Positions 6,818 through 16,536 of a stretch of 28,959 nucleotides of DNA are shown one piece after another. This DNA is from Nitrospinota bacterium. GTDB taxonomy: Bacteria; UBA8248. The notes below the pieces were generated by a model that saw only the letters and a program-made list of their open reading frames with translations, searched no databases and was not told the DNA's origin. Positions within the stretch are counted from its first letter, which is position 1. Every line of letters starts with the position of its first letter. The stretch spans positions 1 to 28,959 of the forward strand of contig JAYGFR010000279.1 in the NCBI GenBank assembly GCA_046581755.1, given 5' to 3'. A program made the translations under genes and the position numbers.

Positions 6818-8803
6818 CTAGCGGATGCGGCTGCCGGGGCTGGCCCCGCCCTCGACGCCGACGAGTTTCAGGCCCCCGCCGTCCTCGGCGGCCAAAAGCA
6901 TCCCCTGGGATTCCACGCCCATGAGCTTGGCGGGCTGGAGATTCACCACGACCACCACCGTGCGGCCGATCAGCTTTTCGGGCGTGAAATACTTCGCTAC
7001 CCCCGCCACGATTGTGCGGCGCTCGTCCCCCAGCGATACAGTGAGCTTCAACAGGTTTTTTGACTTGGGAATATTCTCGGCCGCCTCGACGGTCGCTGTC
7101 CGGAGATCCAGGCGGCGAAAATCCTCGATGGTGATCAGCCCGGCCGCTTCATCGTCGCCGGTTTTTGGCTTTTCCGCCCCGCCGCCGCCTTCGCCGTTCT
7201 CATCGCCCCCGGCGATCCGCGCCGCCACTTTTTTCTCCAGGGCGACCCGCGTGTCATCCTCGATGCGGGGGAAAAGCGGGGGCCCCACAGTCGTCTCCAG
7301 GCCATCGGGCATCGCGTAAAAATCCAAAAGCTCTTGAAACGGCGCGGACAGCCAATCTCCGGCCAGGCCGAGCTGGGCCGCGATCTTGTCCGCCGTCGCG
7401 GGCATGACCGGACAGATCATCGCCGCGATGACGCGAAGGGCGGCCCCCGCATGGTAGAGCGCCGAATCGAGCCGCTCCTCGGGACCGCTCTTGGCCAGCG
7501 CCCAGGGAGCGGCCGCGTCGATATACTTGTTGGCCGCCGAAACGAGCTCCCAAACCGACCGCAGCCCGCCCTGAAGATTGGTTTCCTCCATCTGGGTCTC
7601 GTAGCGGGCGGCCACGCCGGCGGCGGCCCCGCTCAGCGCCTCCTCGTTGGCGCCGCCGGGCCCCTCGGCGCTGCGCGAGAGCTTGCCCCCCCGGTAGCGC
7701 CTGACCATGTTGAGGGTCCGGTAGAGGAGGTTCCCCAAATCGTTGGCCAGATCGCTGTTGACCCGGTTGATGAGCTGGCGGTGCGAAAAATCCCCGTCCA
7801 CGCCGAACGGGATTTCGCGCAAAATGAAATACCGGATGGCATCCACCCCGTACTCTTCGATCAGCCAATGGGGATCGACCACGTTGCCCAGGCTTTTCGA
7901 CATCTTTTGCCCCTCGATCGTCCACCATCCGTGGCTGAACACCTGCCCCGGCAGCGGCACGCCCGCCGAGAGCAAAAAGGCGGGCCAGTAGACCGAATGG
8001 AAGCGGAGGATATCCTTGCCAATGAAATGCTGATCCGCGGGCCAAGGCGTATCGTCCGGGAGCCCGCTCCCTCCCTCGACCGAGCCGAAGCCTGCCGCGG
8101 TAGCATAGTTGCTCAGCGCGTCGAACCACACATAGATGACGTGTTTGGGATCGCCCGGGACCGGGATGCCCCACTGGAAGCTCGTCCGGCTCACCGACAG
8201 ATCGCGAAGCCCTCCCCGGACGAAGCTGACGATCTCATTGCGCCGCGTATCGGGCTGAATGAATTTCGGGTGGCTCTCGTAGTATTCCAGAAGAGGTTGT
8301 TCATACTTGCTCAGCCGGAAAAAATAACTCTCCTCGCGCACCGACTCGACGGGCCGGCCGCAGTCGGGGCACTTTCCGTCCACGAGCTGGAGGTCGGTCA
8401 GGAAATTCTCGCATGCGACGCAATATTTCCCCTCGTATTCGTCCTTATATATGTCCCCCGCCGCCTGGACGCGCCGCCAAAGCTCCTGCACCCCGCGCTT
8501 GTGGCGCTCCTCGGTCGTCCGGATGTAATCGTCGACCTGGATGTTGAGCTTATCCCACAGCTCGCGGAATTTTTGGCTGTTCTCGGTGGCGAAGGCGAGC
8601 GGGTCCTTCCCCGCCTCCCGGGCGGCCTGTTCGAGCTTTTGGCCGTGCTCGTCGGTTCCCGTCAGCATCTGGGCCTTCTCGCCGCGCAGGCGGTGGAAGC
8701 GCGCTTTGGCGTCCGCGGCCACCGTCGTGTAGGCATGGCCCAGATGCGGCTTGTCGTTGACGTAGTAGATCGGCGTTGTGACGTAGAAGGGTTTCCCGCT
8801 CAT
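6818..8803 (-). CDS. metG: Methionine--tRNA ligase with C-terminal tRNA-binding domain
   Basis: TTPIYYVN, HLGH, GTDEHG, CVAC/CPDC knuckle, YVWFDAL, KMSKS, C-terminal OB fold (GVESQGMLL). Confidence 0.99.
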   Translation of the reverse strand: MSGKPFYVTTPIYYVNDKPHLGHAYTTVAADAKARFHRLRGEKAQMLTGTDEHGQKLEQAAREAGKDPLAFATENSQKFRELWDKLNIQVDDYIRTTEERHKRGVQELWRRVQAAGDIYKDEYEGKYCVACENFLTDLQLVDGKCPDCGRPVESVREESYFFRLSKYEQPLLEYYESHPKFIQPDTRRNEIVSFVRGGLRDLSVSRTSFQWGIPVPGDPKHVIYVWFDALSNYATAAGFGSVEGGSGLPDDTPWPADQHFIGKDILRFHSVYWPAFLLSAGVPLPGQVFSHGWWTIEGQKMSKSLGNVVDPHWLIEEYGVDAIRYFILREIPFGVDGDFSHRQLINRVNSDLANDLGNLLYRTLNMVRRYRGGKLSRSAEGPGGANEEALSGAAAGVAARYETQMEETNLQGGLRSVWELVSAANKYIDAAAPWALAKSGPEERLDSALYHAGAALRVIAAMICPVMPATADKIAAQLGLAGDWLSAPFQELLDFYAMPDGLETTVGPPLFPRIEDDTRVALEKKVAARIAGGDENGEGGGGAEKPKTGDDEAAGLITIEDFRRLDLRTATVEAAENIPKSKNLLKLTVSLGDERRTIVAGVAKYFTPEKLIGRTVVVVVNLQPAKLMGVESQGMLLAAEDGGGLKLVGVEGGASPGSRIR

Positions 8804-8844
8804 CGCGTTTCAAAAACCGCCTTTTCGAAGGGTTGAATAATGGG

Positions 8845-9771
8845 CTATTCGCCGATGGGATTTACGAGGGTGTACTGGCCGTTCGCCATCCGGGTCAACC
8901 CGTCGGCATGGACGGTGATCCGGTCGCCCGTCTCGAGAGCGATCATCACCTCTTCGGCCAGAATATTCTGCCTCACCACCGTGGCAGTGCAATTGCAGCC
9001 CCCCACCCGTTTTTTGATGGAGGGAAGCCGCTTCTTCACCGCGACATAATGAGCGTGCTCGAATCGAAGGCAACATTTCAGCCGACCACACGCCCCGGAC
9101 AGCTTCATCGGGTTCAGGCTCAAATTCTGATCTTTCGCCATCCGGACGGAAATCGGGTCGAAACTCTTGATGAAGGTGCTGCAGCAAAGCTCCCTCCCGC
9201 AGTCGCCGCATCCCCCCGCGATGCCCGCCTGAGTGCGCACTCCGATCTGGCGCATCTCGACGCGGATGGAAAATTTCTCCGCCAGCGCCTTCACCAGGCG
9301 GCGGAAATCCACCCGCTCCTCGGAGAAGAAGAAAAATGTCCCCTTCTTCTTGGAAAAGGCGTACTTCACATTGATCAGCTTCATTGGAAGCTTCATCTCG
9401 GCGATTTTTTTCTTGCCAACGTTGAACGCGCGGTCCTCCAAGACCTCGATGGAGGAGATCCGCCCCGCATCCTCCGCGGTGGCGCGGCGAAGCACCTTGG
9501 GCAGGGGCGCTTTGTAGTAACGGGCCTCCATGTAGCGCGGGCTGTCGGCCACCACCCCGGAATCCTCCTGGCCGTCCGCGGTTTTCAGCATCACGCTCAT
9601 CCCCGCCCTCATGCGCACGTCCCCCGCGAGGTGATAGACGGATGTCGAGTCGAAACGCGTGCGGATGGGAACCACTTTTATTTTTTCGACATAGAGGGCG
9701 AGAGACGGACCGGCAAGCCCGGCATCGGCGCCCGCATTCGCATCGTCATTCATTTCGGAATCCTCATTCAC
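8845..9771 (-). CDS. ricT: PSP1 / RicT (YaaT) family protein
   Basis: RVDFRRLVKALA...RVEMRQIGVR...GGCGDCGRELCCSTF...MAKDQNLSLNP.KLSGACGRLKCCLRFE; position between holB and metG. Confidence 0.93.
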   Translation of the reverse strand: MNEDSEMNDDANAGADAGLAGPSLALYVEKIKVVPIRTRFDSTSVYHLAGDVRMRAGMSVMLKTADGQEDSGVVADSPRYMEARYYKAPLPKVLRRATAEDAGRISSIEVLEDRAFNVGKKKIAEMKLPMKLINVKYAFSKKKGTFFFFSEERVDFRRLVKALAEKFSIRVEMRQIGVRTQAGIAGGCGDCGRELCCSTFIKSFDPISVRMAKDQNLSLNPMKLSGACGRLKCCLRFEHAHYVAVKKRLPSIKKRVGGCNCTATVVRQNILAEEVMIALETGDRITVHADGLTRMANGQYTLVNPIGE

Positions 9772-10804
9772 CTCCCACGGTGGCGCGCAGGGAGATCACC
9801 AGCGATTCGAGCGTCAGCGAGGGGTTCGTGTTGATCTCCCCGACGTCCCGCGTTGCGGCCCCAACCCGGTCCATCGCACGGATCAAACCCGGAATGCCCC
9901 ACCGGCTCCCGATGACTTCGAGCGCCTCTTGGAGATCTACATTCCAGGGCTCCAGCACATCCGGGGCCACTTTCAGCGCCAGTATATCCCGAAGCAGACC
10001 CAAAAGCATTTCCAGAAATTCAAGAACCTCGACGCGGCTCTGGCCCCCTCCCCCCGCCAGGGAGGCGGCCAGCAATATAAGCGCCGCTTCATCCGCCTTT
10101 CCGGGCGGCTCGGAGAGCCCGCCGAGCAATTCCATCGCGCTCTCCCGGCGGCCGGCCAGAGCCTCCGGATCGGCGCCGAACGCCTTGCCCAGCCGGCCCA
10201 GGCTCAATGATATCAACCGATCCAGGTCCACCGCCTCCCCATCCAGATTCGCCTCGAGAATCCGCCGCTGCTCCTCGCGGCCCAGGAACCGGAAGGACAG
10301 GCGGCGGCACCGGGACACCACCGTCTGGGGCAGGGCATGCAGATTGGGAGTGATAATAATGAAAACGGTGTCCGGAGAAGGCTCTTCGAGCGTTTTGAGG
10401 AGCGCGTTGAACGCGGCCAGCGTCACCTGGTGGGCGTCGTCGATTATAAATATCTGACGCCGCCCCTCCTGGGGGCGTTGATGAGCCCGATGAAGCACCT
10501 GGTCTCGAATCGGGTCGATCCCTATTGTTTTTTTGTCTTTCCCTGTACTTTTATCCTTCTCCGGCTGGACGGTTATCACATCCGGGTGAACGCCCCGCTC
10601 GATTTTTCCGCAGGCCGGGCACGCGCCGCAGGGAGGATCCTCCCCCGTGCACTGAAGGGCCTGGGCGAAAAGAACGGCGGCCGACGCCTTTCCGACTCCA
10701 TTGGGACCGTAAAAAATATAGGCCCCCGCCGTGCGGCCCGCGGAAAGGTCGCGCTGGAGCGAGGCTACGGCCGCGTCTTGGCCCTGAAGGAGTTCCCAAC
10801 CCAT
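9764..10804 (-). CDS. holB: DNA polymerase III subunit delta'
   Basis: AYIFYGPNGVGK, C...CGACPAC, HPD, NALLKTLEEP, TVVSRC; start re-called at MGWELLQGQ (10804). Confidence 0.95.
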   Translation of the reverse strand: MGWELLQGQDAAVASLQRDLSAGRTAGAYIFYGPNGVGKASAAVLFAQALQCTGEDPPCGACPACGKIERGVHPDVITVQPEKDKSTGKDKKTIGIDPIRDQVLHRAHQRPQEGRRQIFIIDDAHQVTLAAFNALLKTLEEPSPDTVFIIITPNLHALPQTVVSRCRRLSFRFLGREEQRRILEANLDGEAVDLDRLISLSLGRLGKAFGADPEALAGRRESAMELLGGLSEPPGKADEAALILLAASLAGGGGQSRVEVLEFLEMLLGLLRDILALKVAPDVLEPWNVDLQEALEVIGSRWGIPGLIRAMDRVGAATRDVGEINTNPSLTLESLVISLRATVGGE

Positions 10805-11418
10805 CCGAATTCTTTCGTCACCGCTTCGAGAACGCGCGCGTGGACTTCCTCGATCGTCCCGACCGGTATCAGGCGGAAGCGCCCGGGTTCTTTCCGGGCG
10901 AGTTCGCTGAATCCAGCCCATACGCGCTCATGAAACGCCAAGCTCTCCTCCTCGAGGCGATCCCCCCGGTTGCCTCCCCGCGCACGGCGGAGGCCCTCTT
11001 CGATCGGCGTCTCAAAGAGAAGCGTCATGCCGGGGAGCAGCCCCCCGGTCGCCTGGAGATTCAACTCCTCCACCAGGGCGAGGGGAAGGCCCCGCCCGAA
11101 TGCCTGATATGCCGTCGTCGAATCGAAGAACCGATCGCACAGAACATGCTCGCCCGCCTCGAGGGCGGGCCGGATCACTTGGGCGGTGTGCTGGATCCGG
11201 TCTGCCTCATAGAGAAAAAGCTCGGCGAGGGGAGAAACCTCCTCCCTCCGGGGGGCCAGGAGAATCTCCCGGATGCCGGCCCCGAGCTGGGTTCCGCCCG
11301 GCTCCCGCGTGGCGCGGACCCGGAGCCCGGCGCTCTCCATCCATTCGCGGAGAAGACCCAGCTGAGTGGACTTTCCCGAGCCCTCGGGACCCTCGAATGT
11401 AATGAATCGGCCCTGCAA
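10765..11418 (-). CDS. tmk: Thymidylate kinase
   Basis: FITFEGPEGSGKST P-loop, TREPGGT, CDRFFDSTTAYQ; TTG start at 11418 with GGAGA RBS. Confidence 0.97.
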   Translation of the reverse strand: MQGRFITFEGPEGSGKSTQLGLLREWMESAGLRVRATREPGGTQLGAGIREILLAPRREEVSPLAELFLYEADRIQHTAQVIRPALEAGEHVLCDRFFDSTTAYQAFGRGLPLALVEELNLQATGGLLPGMTLLFETPIEEGLRRARGGNRGDRLEEESLAFHERVWAGFSELARKEPGRFRLIPVGTIEEVHARVLEAVTKEFGWVGNSFRAKTRP

Positions 11419-11545
11419 GGTGATCTCTCCATTCGGGAGAAGGCATCGAATCAAAACGCGGCCGGTGGATCAACCGGGAAGCCTACCACACCCTGGCGCC
11501 GGCCCAGCGCCGAGGATCGTCCGGGTCCGGTTTCGAAAACCCCCC

Positions 11546-12940
11546 TCAGCTCTTGAGATTCTCGGCCTGCTCGAGCTTGCGGTAGACGGTGCGCGTGGCG
11601 ATCCCCAGCTGGCGGGCGGCGGCGCTTTTATCGCCTCCCGTTTCCCGGAGGGTTTCGAGGATGACCCGTTGCTCGACTTCGGCCAAAGGCGTTCCGACCG
11701 GGATGCTGATGACGCGCGAGCCCGCTTCGATATGCTCCTCGTCCCCGGGCCGGCTCCCCTGCGTGACGGACGGGGGCAGATCGTCGAGCGTCAACACCTC
11801 GTCGCGGCCCAAGATAACGGCCCGCTCGACCGCGTTTTCGAGCTCGCGGATGTTCCCCGGCCAATCGTAGTTGGACATCGCCTCGACCGCCTCGCGTGAG
11901 AATCCGCTGACGGGCTGGTTGTTCTTGGCCGCATAGCGCTGGGTGAAATGCCCGATCAGGAGCGGGATGTCCCCCCGCCGATCGCGGAGGGGGGGGACGT
12001 GGATGCTGATGACGTTGAGGCGGTAGTAAAGATCCTCCCTGAAACGGCGCTCGGCGATGGCCGTTTGCAAATCCTGGTTCGCCGCGGCGATGGTTCGCAC
12101 GTCCACCTTGAGGGTCTCGTTGCCGCCCAGGCGCTCGAACTCGCCCTCCTGAAGGACGCGGAGGATCTTCGCCTGAAGAGCCATCGGCATATCGCTGATC
12201 TCATCGAGGAAGAGCATCCCGCCGTCGGCGAGATAAAAACGCCCCTCCTTGCGAGCGACAGCCCCCGTGAACGCGCCCCGCTCGTAGCCGAACAACTCGC
12301 TTTCGAGCAGGTTTTCGGGAAGCGCCGCGCAGTTGACCTTGATGAACGGGCGGTTGGCCCGCTCGCTCAGGTTTTGGATGGCGTTGGCGACGAGTTCCTT
12401 GCCGGTGCCGCTTTCCCCGAGAATCAGAACGTTGGCTGATGTGGGGGCGACCTGGCGGATGAGTTCGGTGACCTTGCGGAAGGAATTGCTGTTTCCGATG
12501 AGGCCCGAGGGATCGCGCAGGTTCCGGAGCTGGGCGCGCAGGCCGGCGTTTTCGCGGATGAGCTCCTGTTTTTCGCGCGCCTTGGAGATGGCCTTGAGGA
12601 CGACGACGCGCTCGAGCGGTTTGGTGATGAAATCGTAGGCCCCCTCGCGCATGGCCGCGACGGCGGACTCGACCGTGCCGTGGCCCGAGATAAGGATAAC
12701 CTCGGTCTCGGGGCTTTTGCGCTTGACCTCGCGCAACAGCGATATGCCGTCCATCCCGGGCATCCGGAGGTCGGTGATCACCAGATGAGCGGGTTCGCTG
12801 TCGAACAACTCCAGGGCCGTCTCGGCGTCGTGGACGATGGATACGCGGTAATCCTCCTTGGCGATCATCTTCTGGAGCGCTTCCCGGCTTCCGCGCTTAT
12901 CGTCCACGACCATGATGTGAATTTCGCTGTTCGCTCTCAT
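11546..12940 (-). CDS. Sigma54-dependent response regulator (NtrC/AtoC family; REC-AAA+-HTH)
   Basis: VVDD...DLRMP receiver, GESGTGKE, ESELFG...GAFTGA, FLDEI, RFREDLYYRLN, WPGNIRELEN, C-terminal Fis-type HTH. Confidence 0.97.
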   Translation of the reverse strand: MRANSEIHIMVVDDKRGSREALQKMIAKEDYRVSIVHDAETALELFDSEPAHLVITDLRMPGMDGISLLREVKRKSPETEVILISGHGTVESAVAAMREGAYDFITKPLERVVVLKAISKAREKQELIRENAGLRAQLRNLRDPSGLIGNSNSFRKVTELIRQVAPTSANVLILGESGTGKELVANAIQNLSERANRPFIKVNCAALPENLLESELFGYERGAFTGAVARKEGRFYLADGGMLFLDEISDMPMALQAKILRVLQEGEFERLGGNETLKVDVRTIAAANQDLQTAIAERRFREDLYYRLNVISIHVPPLRDRRGDIPLLIGHFTQRYAAKNNQPVSGFSREAVEAMSNYDWPGNIRELENAVERAVILGRDEVLTLDDLPPSVTQGSRPGDEEHIEAGSRVISIPVGTPLAEVEQRVILETLRETGGDKSAAARQLGIATRTVYRKLEQAENLKS

Positions 12941-15126
12941 GCCTTTGCCGCCTCGGCCGCCGCCGGCAGTGCGATGTGGAAGGTGGTGCCCATGTTCTCC
13001 TGGCTGGAGAAGCGGATGGTGCCCCGGTGCTCGCTCAGGATCTGCAGGGTCAGAACGAGGCCCAGGCCGGTACCGTTGGCCTTGGTGGTGAAAAACGGGG
13101 TGAACATCGATTCCTGATCCTTGGCCGAGATACCCACGCCCTGATCTTCCACGTCGATGCCGATGCCGCCATCGGGGCTGATGCGCGTGCGAACGGTGAG
13201 GCGGCCGCCCCCGGGCATGGCATCAAAGGCGTTGAGGATGAGATTTTGAAACGCCAGGCGCATCTGCGTCTCGTCGAACTCCGCCGCCGGGAGATCGGGC
13301 GAGTAGTCCCGCACCACCTCGATATTCCGGCTCGTCCCCTCTTCGGCATAAAAGTTGAGCAGTTCGTCGAGCACCTCGTTGAGATCCCCCACCCGGCGTT
13401 CGGAGCGCGGCATTCTCACGAACTTGAGGTAATCATCCGTCACCTGCCGGAGATTATCCACCTCCTGCCGGATCGAACGGAGCAACACCCAGGCCTCGGC
13501 CGTCTCCTTTTCGCCGAAGGCCCCCAGCTCGTCTCCGAGCAGCTCGGCGTTCAGGTTGATGGCCGACAGCGGATTGCGGATTTCGTGGGCCACCTGGGCG
13601 CTCATTTTGCCCACGATCGAGAGGCGGTCCTGCCGGAGGATCTGGCGCTCGAGGGTGCGCCGATCGGTCACGTCCTTGATGTAGAGGATGACCTGCTCCA
13701 CTTCGTTTTCGGCGCCGAAAATCGGGTATGTGTAAAGCTCCAGGTCGAGCCGATCCCCGCCGGGCATCTCGGCCGAGCGTTCGGCGATGCCCCGGCGGCC
13801 GTTTTCGAACGTGCGGGCGACCAGGCTCAGGTCGGCAAGGTCCTCGGGAATCGGTGTTTCGCTTTCTCCGCCCCAGGGACGGTGGATCAAATCGGGAATA
13901 TCGCGGCCCAAAAGCCGCGCCATCTCCCGGTTGACCACGAGAATTTTGAAGTCTTTGTCTAAAATGCAAATGCTGTCGGTGATCCCGTCGAAGAGGGCCT
14001 GCAGGCGCGTTTTGCTCTCCAGGACCTGGCCCGACCATTGGAGGCGGTCCTCCACCCGGATGCGGCGGCGCTCGCGGTCGAGAATGAGCAGCGCGGCCGA
14101 AATGATCACGATGAAACCGAGGCTGGTCAGCAGAAAACTTTTCCGGAAGGTGCGGCGGACCAGATCGCCCACCTCCGATGAGGAGGCCGTCACGGCCAGG
14201 CTCCACCGCTCCCGGCCCACCACGAGCGGAGAAAAGGCGGTCAGCGAGCGCCGCTTGAGCCCGCTTTTTCCGGGCCGGAAATCGTGGTGCCAATCGAAGC
14301 CCCGCTCCCCCCGGAGCATCCGCTCCGCGATCCTGCCCAGGCGCGCATCCGGCTCGCGGTCCGCGATTTGGGCCAAACGGACCCCTTCGAACATTCTAAA
14401 ACCCGGCGAAATCAGGATGCGTCCCGCGCCGTCCATCAGCCAGGCGCGGCCCTTCAGGCCCGACTGGACCGGACTCACGAAAGCCCGGTCCAGGTCCCCG
14501 ATCGTCACCTTGGCGAAGATCCAGTCGCCGTTTCCGACCGGCGCCGCCCCGAAGAGGTAGTCCGGCTTCCCGCTCTTGCGGGAGATCCGGAAACAGGAAT
14601 ACGCCTTGGGCAGGCAACTCATGATGAGCTTGGAGTATTCCCGGAGCCCCGGATCGCCGGCGCTGGGGTCTTTGTGCAGATATCCCACCTCGTTCACCCG
14701 CAACCGCCCACCGAGGCGCTCGAAGAGGCCGGAAATCGAGACCATCCGCCCGGCATGGCCGGGGTCCACCGTCCGGAGAAACTGCGCGCTGTAGCGGAGA
14801 CCGGCGTTAAGTTCGTCCAGGAACGAGGTGATCCGGCCACTCACCTGATCGGCGATGAGAAGCTGCTGGCGGTTGAACTGCTCCTCGATATTCCATCTGG
14901 CCTCGGCATAAATTTTCAGCGATATGGCCAAAATGACGCCCAGGACCCCGGCCGCTCCCGCCACCACCAGGTACTTGAACCGGCGGTTCCCCCGGCGCGA
15001 CTCGAGGATGCCGGAAACCGCTCCACCGCCGGGGTCCCGGTCCCCGGGCGAAAATCCGGGAATCCCGGGCCCGGCGTCCCGATCCGCCGCCGGCCGATCG
15101 GCCCTGCTCTCATCTTTCGCGGCCAT
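12937..15126 (-). CDS. Membrane sensor histidine kinase (2 TM, Cache-like periplasmic domain, PAS, HisKA, HATPase)
   Basis: Two hydrophobic helices, AHEIRNPL H-box, NLILNA, DQGVG, PFFTTK, GTGLGL; ATG 15126 with GGAG RBS; ATGA overlap with the regulator. Confidence 0.95.
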   Translation of the reverse strand: MAAKDESRADRPAADRDAGPGIPGFSPGDRDPGGGAVSGILESRRGNRRFKYLVVAGAAGVLGVILAISLKIYAEARWNIEEQFNRQQLLIADQVSGRITSFLDELNAGLRYSAQFLRTVDPGHAGRMVSISGLFERLGGRLRVNEVGYLHKDPSAGDPGLREYSKLIMSCLPKAYSCFRISRKSGKPDYLFGAAPVGNGDWIFAKVTIGDLDRAFVSPVQSGLKGRAWLMDGAGRILISPGFRMFEGVRLAQIADREPDARLGRIAERMLRGERGFDWHHDFRPGKSGLKRRSLTAFSPLVVGRERWSLAVTASSSEVGDLVRRTFRKSFLLTSLGFIVIISAALLILDRERRRIRVEDRLQWSGQVLESKTRLQALFDGITDSICILDKDFKILVVNREMARLLGRDIPDLIHRPWGGESETPIPEDLADLSLVARTFENGRRGIAERSAEMPGGDRLDLELYTYPIFGAENEVEQVILYIKDVTDRRTLERQILRQDRLSIVGKMSAQVAHEIRNPLSAINLNAELLGDELGAFGEKETAEAWVLLRSIRQEVDNLRQVTDDYLKFVRMPRSERRVGDLNEVLDELLNFYAEEGTSRNIEVVRDYSPDLPAAEFDETQMRLAFQNLILNAFDAMPGGGRLTVRTRISPDGGIGIDVEDQGVGISAKDQESMFTPFFTTKANGTGLGLVLTLQILSEHRGTIRFSSQENMGTTFHIALPAAAEAAKA

Positions 15127-15257
15127 GATCCGCTCCACCCTCTTTCCGATCCGATAAAAACCCATTAATTACATTACATTCAAAAGCTTATATTGAAAAA
15201 CCCGGTTGCCGAAGAGAAAATTCCAGCCCCAAGGCCCTCCCCGGCGAAATCCATTCC

Positions 15258-15286
15258 TTGACAGCCCTTTTGCCCCTGATTAAGCT
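15258..15286 (+). promoter_or_regulatory. Sigma70-type promoter of hrcA
   Basis: TTGACA (15258-15263), 17 nt, TAAGCT (15281-15286), directly upstream of CIRCE. Confidence 0.75.
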
Positions 15287-15297
15287 CCACCAAAAGG

Positions 15298-15324
15298 TTA
15301 GCATTCCACCCGAATGAGTGCTAA
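15298..15324 (+). promoter_or_regulatory. CIRCE element (HrcA operator)
   Basis: TTAGCATTC-N9-GAGTGCTAA, one mismatch to TTAGCACTC-N9-GAGTGCTAA, immediately upstream of hrcA. Confidence 0.97.
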
Positions 15325-15359
15325 CCGGCGCGATTCCGCTCTTTATCATGGGATTTGGC

Positions 15360-16436
15360 ATGGCAGATCACAACTCTGATCTTTCCACCCGGAATCAGGA
15401 AGTCCTCCGTGCCGTCGTGAACACTTTTATCGAAACCGGGGACCCGGTCGGGAGCCGTACGCTCTCGAAAAAAATCCCGACCCATCTGAGCCCGGCCACC
15501 ATACGAAACATCATGGGCGATCTGGCGGAGGCGGGCTTTCTCACCAAGCCCCACGCCTCTGCCGGCAGGCTGCCCACCGATCTGGGCTACCGCGTGTTCG
15601 TCGATGACCTCATGAACGTTCACGAGGTCACCCCGGAGGAGCAAGAATCCATCCGCCGGAGCTATGCCAACCGAATCGTCCAGCTCGAACAAGTCGTCAC
15701 CCAGGCCTCGCGGATTCTCTCGAAGCTGACCCATCAGGCAGGCATCGTCCTCCTCCCAGGGAAAGACCAGCTCTTTTTCCGGCACATTCAGTTCATCCGC
15801 ATGTCCACCGAAAATGTCCTGGTCGTCATCGTCTCGAAAAGTGGGGTGGTCCAGAACCGCGTCGTCCCCATCGAGGAGGACCTGAACCAGGAGGAACTCG
15901 ACCGGATTTCGCGCTTCCTGAACGATGAGTACGGCGGGCTCTCCCTGCGCGAGGTCCGCTCCCGGATCCTCAAACGGATGGGAGAGGAGCGCGACCATCT
16001 GGACATGCTCTACCGGCGGGCCGAGGAGCTCAGCCGGCGGGCGTTTCTCGGCGACGAGGACGATGTCGGCGATACGCTTTTCGTTGAGGGCACCTCGCGG
16101 GTGTTCACCCATCCGGATTTCGCCGGCGATTTCGAAAAGCTCCAGACCCTGTACGCGGCGTTCGAGGAAAAGGGCAAACTCATCAGCCTCCTCGACGGCT
16201 TCCTGGACTCCCCGGATGTCACCGTCCTCATCGGCGCCGAAAACGACATCGACGGAATGAGCGACTGCAGCGTCGTGGCGCGCTCCTATTTCCTGGGCAC
16301 CCGTCCCCTCGGCACCATCGGCATAATCGGCCCCAAGCGGATGCGCTACGACCGGATGGTCTCCCTCGTCGAATGGACGGCGGCCGCCGTGAGCCACTAC
16401 ATCTCTCACGGGGATACCGGGATCGACCCGAAATAG
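15360..16436 (+). CDS. hrcA: Heat-inducible transcription repressor HrcA
   Basis: PVGSRTL...LSPATIRN.M..L...G.L.KPHASAGRLPTD.GYR, GTIGIIGPKRMRY; preceded by CIRCE. Confidence 0.98.
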   Translation: MADHNSDLSTRNQEVLRAVVNTFIETGDPVGSRTLSKKIPTHLSPATIRNIMGDLAEAGFLTKPHASAGRLPTDLGYRVFVDDLMNVHEVTPEEQESIRRSYANRIVQLEQVVTQASRILSKLTHQAGIVLLPGKDQLFFRHIQFIRMSTENVLVVIVSKSGVVQNRVVPIEEDLNQEELDRISRFLNDEYGGLSLREVRSRILKRMGEERDHLDMLYRRAEELSRRAFLGDEDDVGDTLFVEGTSRVFTHPDFAGDFEKLQTLYAAFEEKGKLISLLDGFLDSPDVTVLIGAENDIDGMSDCSVVARSYFLGTRPLGTIGIIGPKRMRYDRMVSLVEWTAAAVSHYISHGDTGIDPK

Positions 16437-16536
16437 TGCCCCCGCTCCCCCCGCACACGAACGCGAGCGCTCACCTTCACGTTACTGCCAAATCCATCCC
16501 GCCGGAGCTTCCGCCCCCCTGCCCGGGTGCGCGGCC

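Noticed and set aside
7334..8836. 500-aa ORF antisense to metG, and similar long antisense ORFs (19744-21330, 22263-24272, 15321-16409, 5150-6289)
   Set aside because: Shadow ORFs expected from high-GC codon bias; no domain motifs; they overlap confidently identified genes.
5129..11418. tmk-holB-ricT-metG-tatD order as a novelty
   Set aside because: Widely conserved neighbourhood in several bacterial phyla.
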